Source: an uncultured Ruminococcus sp. (GTDB lineage Bacteria > Bacillota > Clostridia > Oscillospirales > CAG-272). Taken from it: 36,407 nt of DNA. The notes below the pieces were generated by a model. It did no database searches, was not told the origin of the DNA, and saw nothing but the letters and a program-made list of their open reading frames with translations. Position numbers and translations under genes: made by a program. Shown here piece by piece: positions 34,751-36,407 of this stretch. The stretch is taken from positions 1 through 36,407 of the forward strand of contig CACZOH010000030.1 in assembly GCA_902782785.1 (NCBI GenBank). The letters run 5' to 3'. The stretch's first letter is position 1. The number at the start of each line of letters is the position of its first letter.

Positions 34751-36025
34751 TCAGATCTTTTTTGCGTTGGCAAGCAGATATTTTTCCGCCTCCGCGCTCC
34801 AGAGACCGTTATTCTTTTCCACTATATTTGCAAGCTCCGCCATCATAGGATCGCTCTCACCGAGCTTCGCCATATCCGTAAGAGCGGTAAGCGGCATATC
34901 TATATGCGTGTAAACGAGCTTTTTGCCGCCCGGGATCTTGTCAAGGTCAATCGTTGTGGAAACAACGGCGTTAAGGCCGCCCACGTGCGTGATCATAGCC
35001 GACGGATTGAGTCTTCCCTGTCTCATAAGATCGACGTATTCAAGCATATCGTCCGTGTTGCCGCCGCTTGTACCGACGATGTGAGTTGAGCTGTAGTGTA
35101 CGTTATAGAAATTGAACATTGCGGAGAAATCCGTTTTTGTGGGTCCGGCAAAGAAGTTGAGACAGCCGTCAACACCGAGAAGAGCGTCGCCCTGTTCGAC
35201 AACGGGTTTGACGGGAGCGAATACGAATACGTCGTCAAAGCCCTTGCCGCCCGTCAATGCGAGGATGTTCTCGTTCGTGTTCTCGGGATGAGCCTGAGTA
35301 TTGGTGTTCAGATATACGAGTTTGACGCCGTTTTTCGCCGCGTCCTCTACCGTGTATATCTTTGCGGCTCTCTCAAGTCTCGCGTCGTCTATATCGGTAA
35401 CAACGAGAAGCCCCGGACGTCTGTCGCCGTGAATCGCGTAATCTATCGCGCCTAAGCCCATGGGTCCGACGCCCGCGAGTATCGCGCAGTTTCCGCCCTC
35501 GACTATACCCATGCTGTGGACGTATTTGCCGCGCGTGGTATGGTAGTTGGCGTGGAAACCGCCGATGATGCAGGACATAGGCTCGGATAAGCTGCCGTAG
35601 AAGAATGCGTCTCCGTTGTACGGAAGCAGGCAGTTGAGTTCCATAACGGGAGCGGGAATAACGATGTACGTCGCATCTCCGCCGATATATTTAAAGGAAT
35701 AACCGGGCGCCGCAAGCGGATCGTCTTTCTGGTTCAGAGCGGGCTGTATCGTGAATTTGTCTCCCGCTTTGTATTTGTCAGCCCATTTCGCGCCGACCTT
35801 TTCGATAACGCCGCAGAATTCATGACCGACTATAACGGGGTTTTCCGCTACGTTGTCGGGAACTCTTTTGTGATTTTTGCCCTGCATTGCAGCCTTATGG
35901 GTCGACATGCAAATACTGTCAGATACGACCTTTGCAAGGATCTCGTCTTCCTTTATCTCGGGAAGCTCGAATTCCTCAAGGCGCAGATCGTTTACACCGT
36001 AAAGTCTTACTGCTTTTGTTTTCAT
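34751..36025 (-). CDS. Zinc-dependent medium-chain dehydrogenase, L-sorbose-1-phosphate reductase (SorE)-like
   Basis: 424 aa with GHEFCGVIEKVG (Zn-ADH signature) and the Rossmann motif AGVGPMGLGAIDYA. The extended C-terminus (NFFAGPT...THIVGTSGG) is as I recall for SorE-type enzymes. Confidence 0.7.
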   Translation of the reverse strand: MKTKAVRLYGVNDLRLEEFELPEIKEDEILAKVVSDSICMSTHKAAMQGKNHKRVPDNVAENPVIVGHEFCGVIEKVGAKWADKYKAGDKFTIQPALNQKDDPLAAPGYSFKYIGGDATYIVIPAPVMELNCLLPYNGDAFFYGSLSEPMSCIIGGFHANYHTTRGKYVHSMGIVEGGNCAILAGVGPMGLGAIDYAIHGDRRPGLLVVTDIDDARLERAAKIYTVEDAAKNGVKLVYLNTNTQAHPENTNENILALTGGKGFDDVFVFAPVKPVVEQGDALLGVDGCLNFFAGPTKTDFSAMFNFYNVHYSSTHIVGTSGGNTDDMLEYVDLMRQGRLNPSAMITHVGGLNAVVSTTIDLDKIPGGKKLVYTHIDMPLTALTDMAKLGESDPMMAELANIVEKNNGLWSAEAEKYLLANAKKI

Positions 36026-36055
36026 TGTGTTTACTCCTTTTATTTTAATGATGAC

Positions 36056-36407
36056 TTATTTATTTGTAAAATCCTTATTGCGGATATCTACACGTTTTAT
36101 TTTGCCGCTCGAGGTCTTCGGCAGTTCGGAAACGAATTCTATGATACGCGGATATTTATACGGCGCGGTATGCGTTTTCACGTAGTTCTGTATCTCTTTT
36201 GCAAGCTCGTCCGACGGCTCATAGCCTTTTGTCAGAACTATCGTCGCCTTGACGACCATTCCGCGTATCTCGTGCGGTACGCCCGTAACGGCGCATTCAA
36301 GCACGGCGGGATGTTCCATGATAACGCTTTCAACCTCAAACGGACCTATCCTGTAGCCCGAGGATTTTATAACGTCGTCCTTTCGTCCCACGTACCAGTA
36401 ATATCCG
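36056..36407 (-). CDS. AMP-dependent synthetase/ligase (acyl/acetyl-CoA synthetase-like), C-terminal part; 5' end lies outside the window
   Basis: The frame stays open to the window edge (…[27 protein letters not shown]…[11 protein letters not shown]). These are the canonical A8-A10 motifs of the adenylate-forming superfamily. The tracked Met is an internal GTG (Val). Confidence 0.8.
   Translation of the reverse strand, partial: GYYWYVGRKDDVIKSSGYRIGPFEVESVIMEHPAVLECAVTGVPHEIRGMVVKATIVLTKGYEPSDELAKEIQNYVKTHTAPYKYPRIIEFVSELPKTSSGKIKRVDIRNKDFTNK

Noticed and set aside
1-36407. A scan of the whole window for CRISPR arrays, tRNA/rRNA genes, transposases, integrases, phage genes and known defence-system signatures.
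   Set aside because: I saw no regularly spaced direct repeats, no cloverleaf-like or rRNA-like segments, and no DDE, tyrosine- or serine-recombinase motifs in any ORF. The only accessory-looking segment is the AT-rich cassette, which is reported as a finding.

Overview
This is a densely packed, mostly housekeeping chromosomal window. Gene content and synteny suggest a spore-forming Clostridia-class Firmicute, which is an inference. The supporting genes are the yabM-like flippase, mazG, yabO, yabP, yabQ, divIC, hemZ, cdaA-cdaR and a four-subunit 2-oxoacid:ferredoxin oxidoreductase (OFOR). About 40 protein genes lie in three strand blocks.

Minus block, 1-14710:
- an unknown small ORF and a GNAT acetyltransferase
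- divIC-yabQ-yabP-yabO-mazG, an MOP flippase and hemZ
- dtd, rel and recJ
- a COG2509-like FAD protein, cdaR and cdaA

Plus block, 14950-26444:
- a P-loop NTPase followed by the OFOR delta, alpha, beta and gamma subunits
- ispD and ispF
- a membrane GGDEF cyclase and pcrA
- nfeD and an SPFH protein
- two unknown membrane proteins

Minus block, 26486-36407:
- plsY and degV
- a histidine kinase and OmpR-type regulator
- a small acidic-tail membrane protein and prfB
- a PHP phosphoesterase, an aldolase/SDR fusion, a SorE-like Zn-dehydrogenase and the 3' part of an AMP-dependent ligase

I saw no rRNA, tRNA, CRISPR array, transposase or integrase.

Nothing here is a clear-cut novel system. The best candidates for a second look are:
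1. An AT-rich, hairpin-bracketed two-gene cassette of unrecognisable membrane proteins (24826-26444), lying between the nfeD-SPFH operon and plsY.
2. A SIMIBI-type P-loop NTPase encoded as the first gene of the OFOR operon.
3. A cdaA-cdaR operon that runs into an FAD-dependent protein instead of glmM.
4. A structured leader in front of nfeD.
5. A non-canonical ketose-phosphate/deoxy-sugar style cluster at the right edge.

Functional calls come from motif recognition by eye and from synteny. No database search was run.
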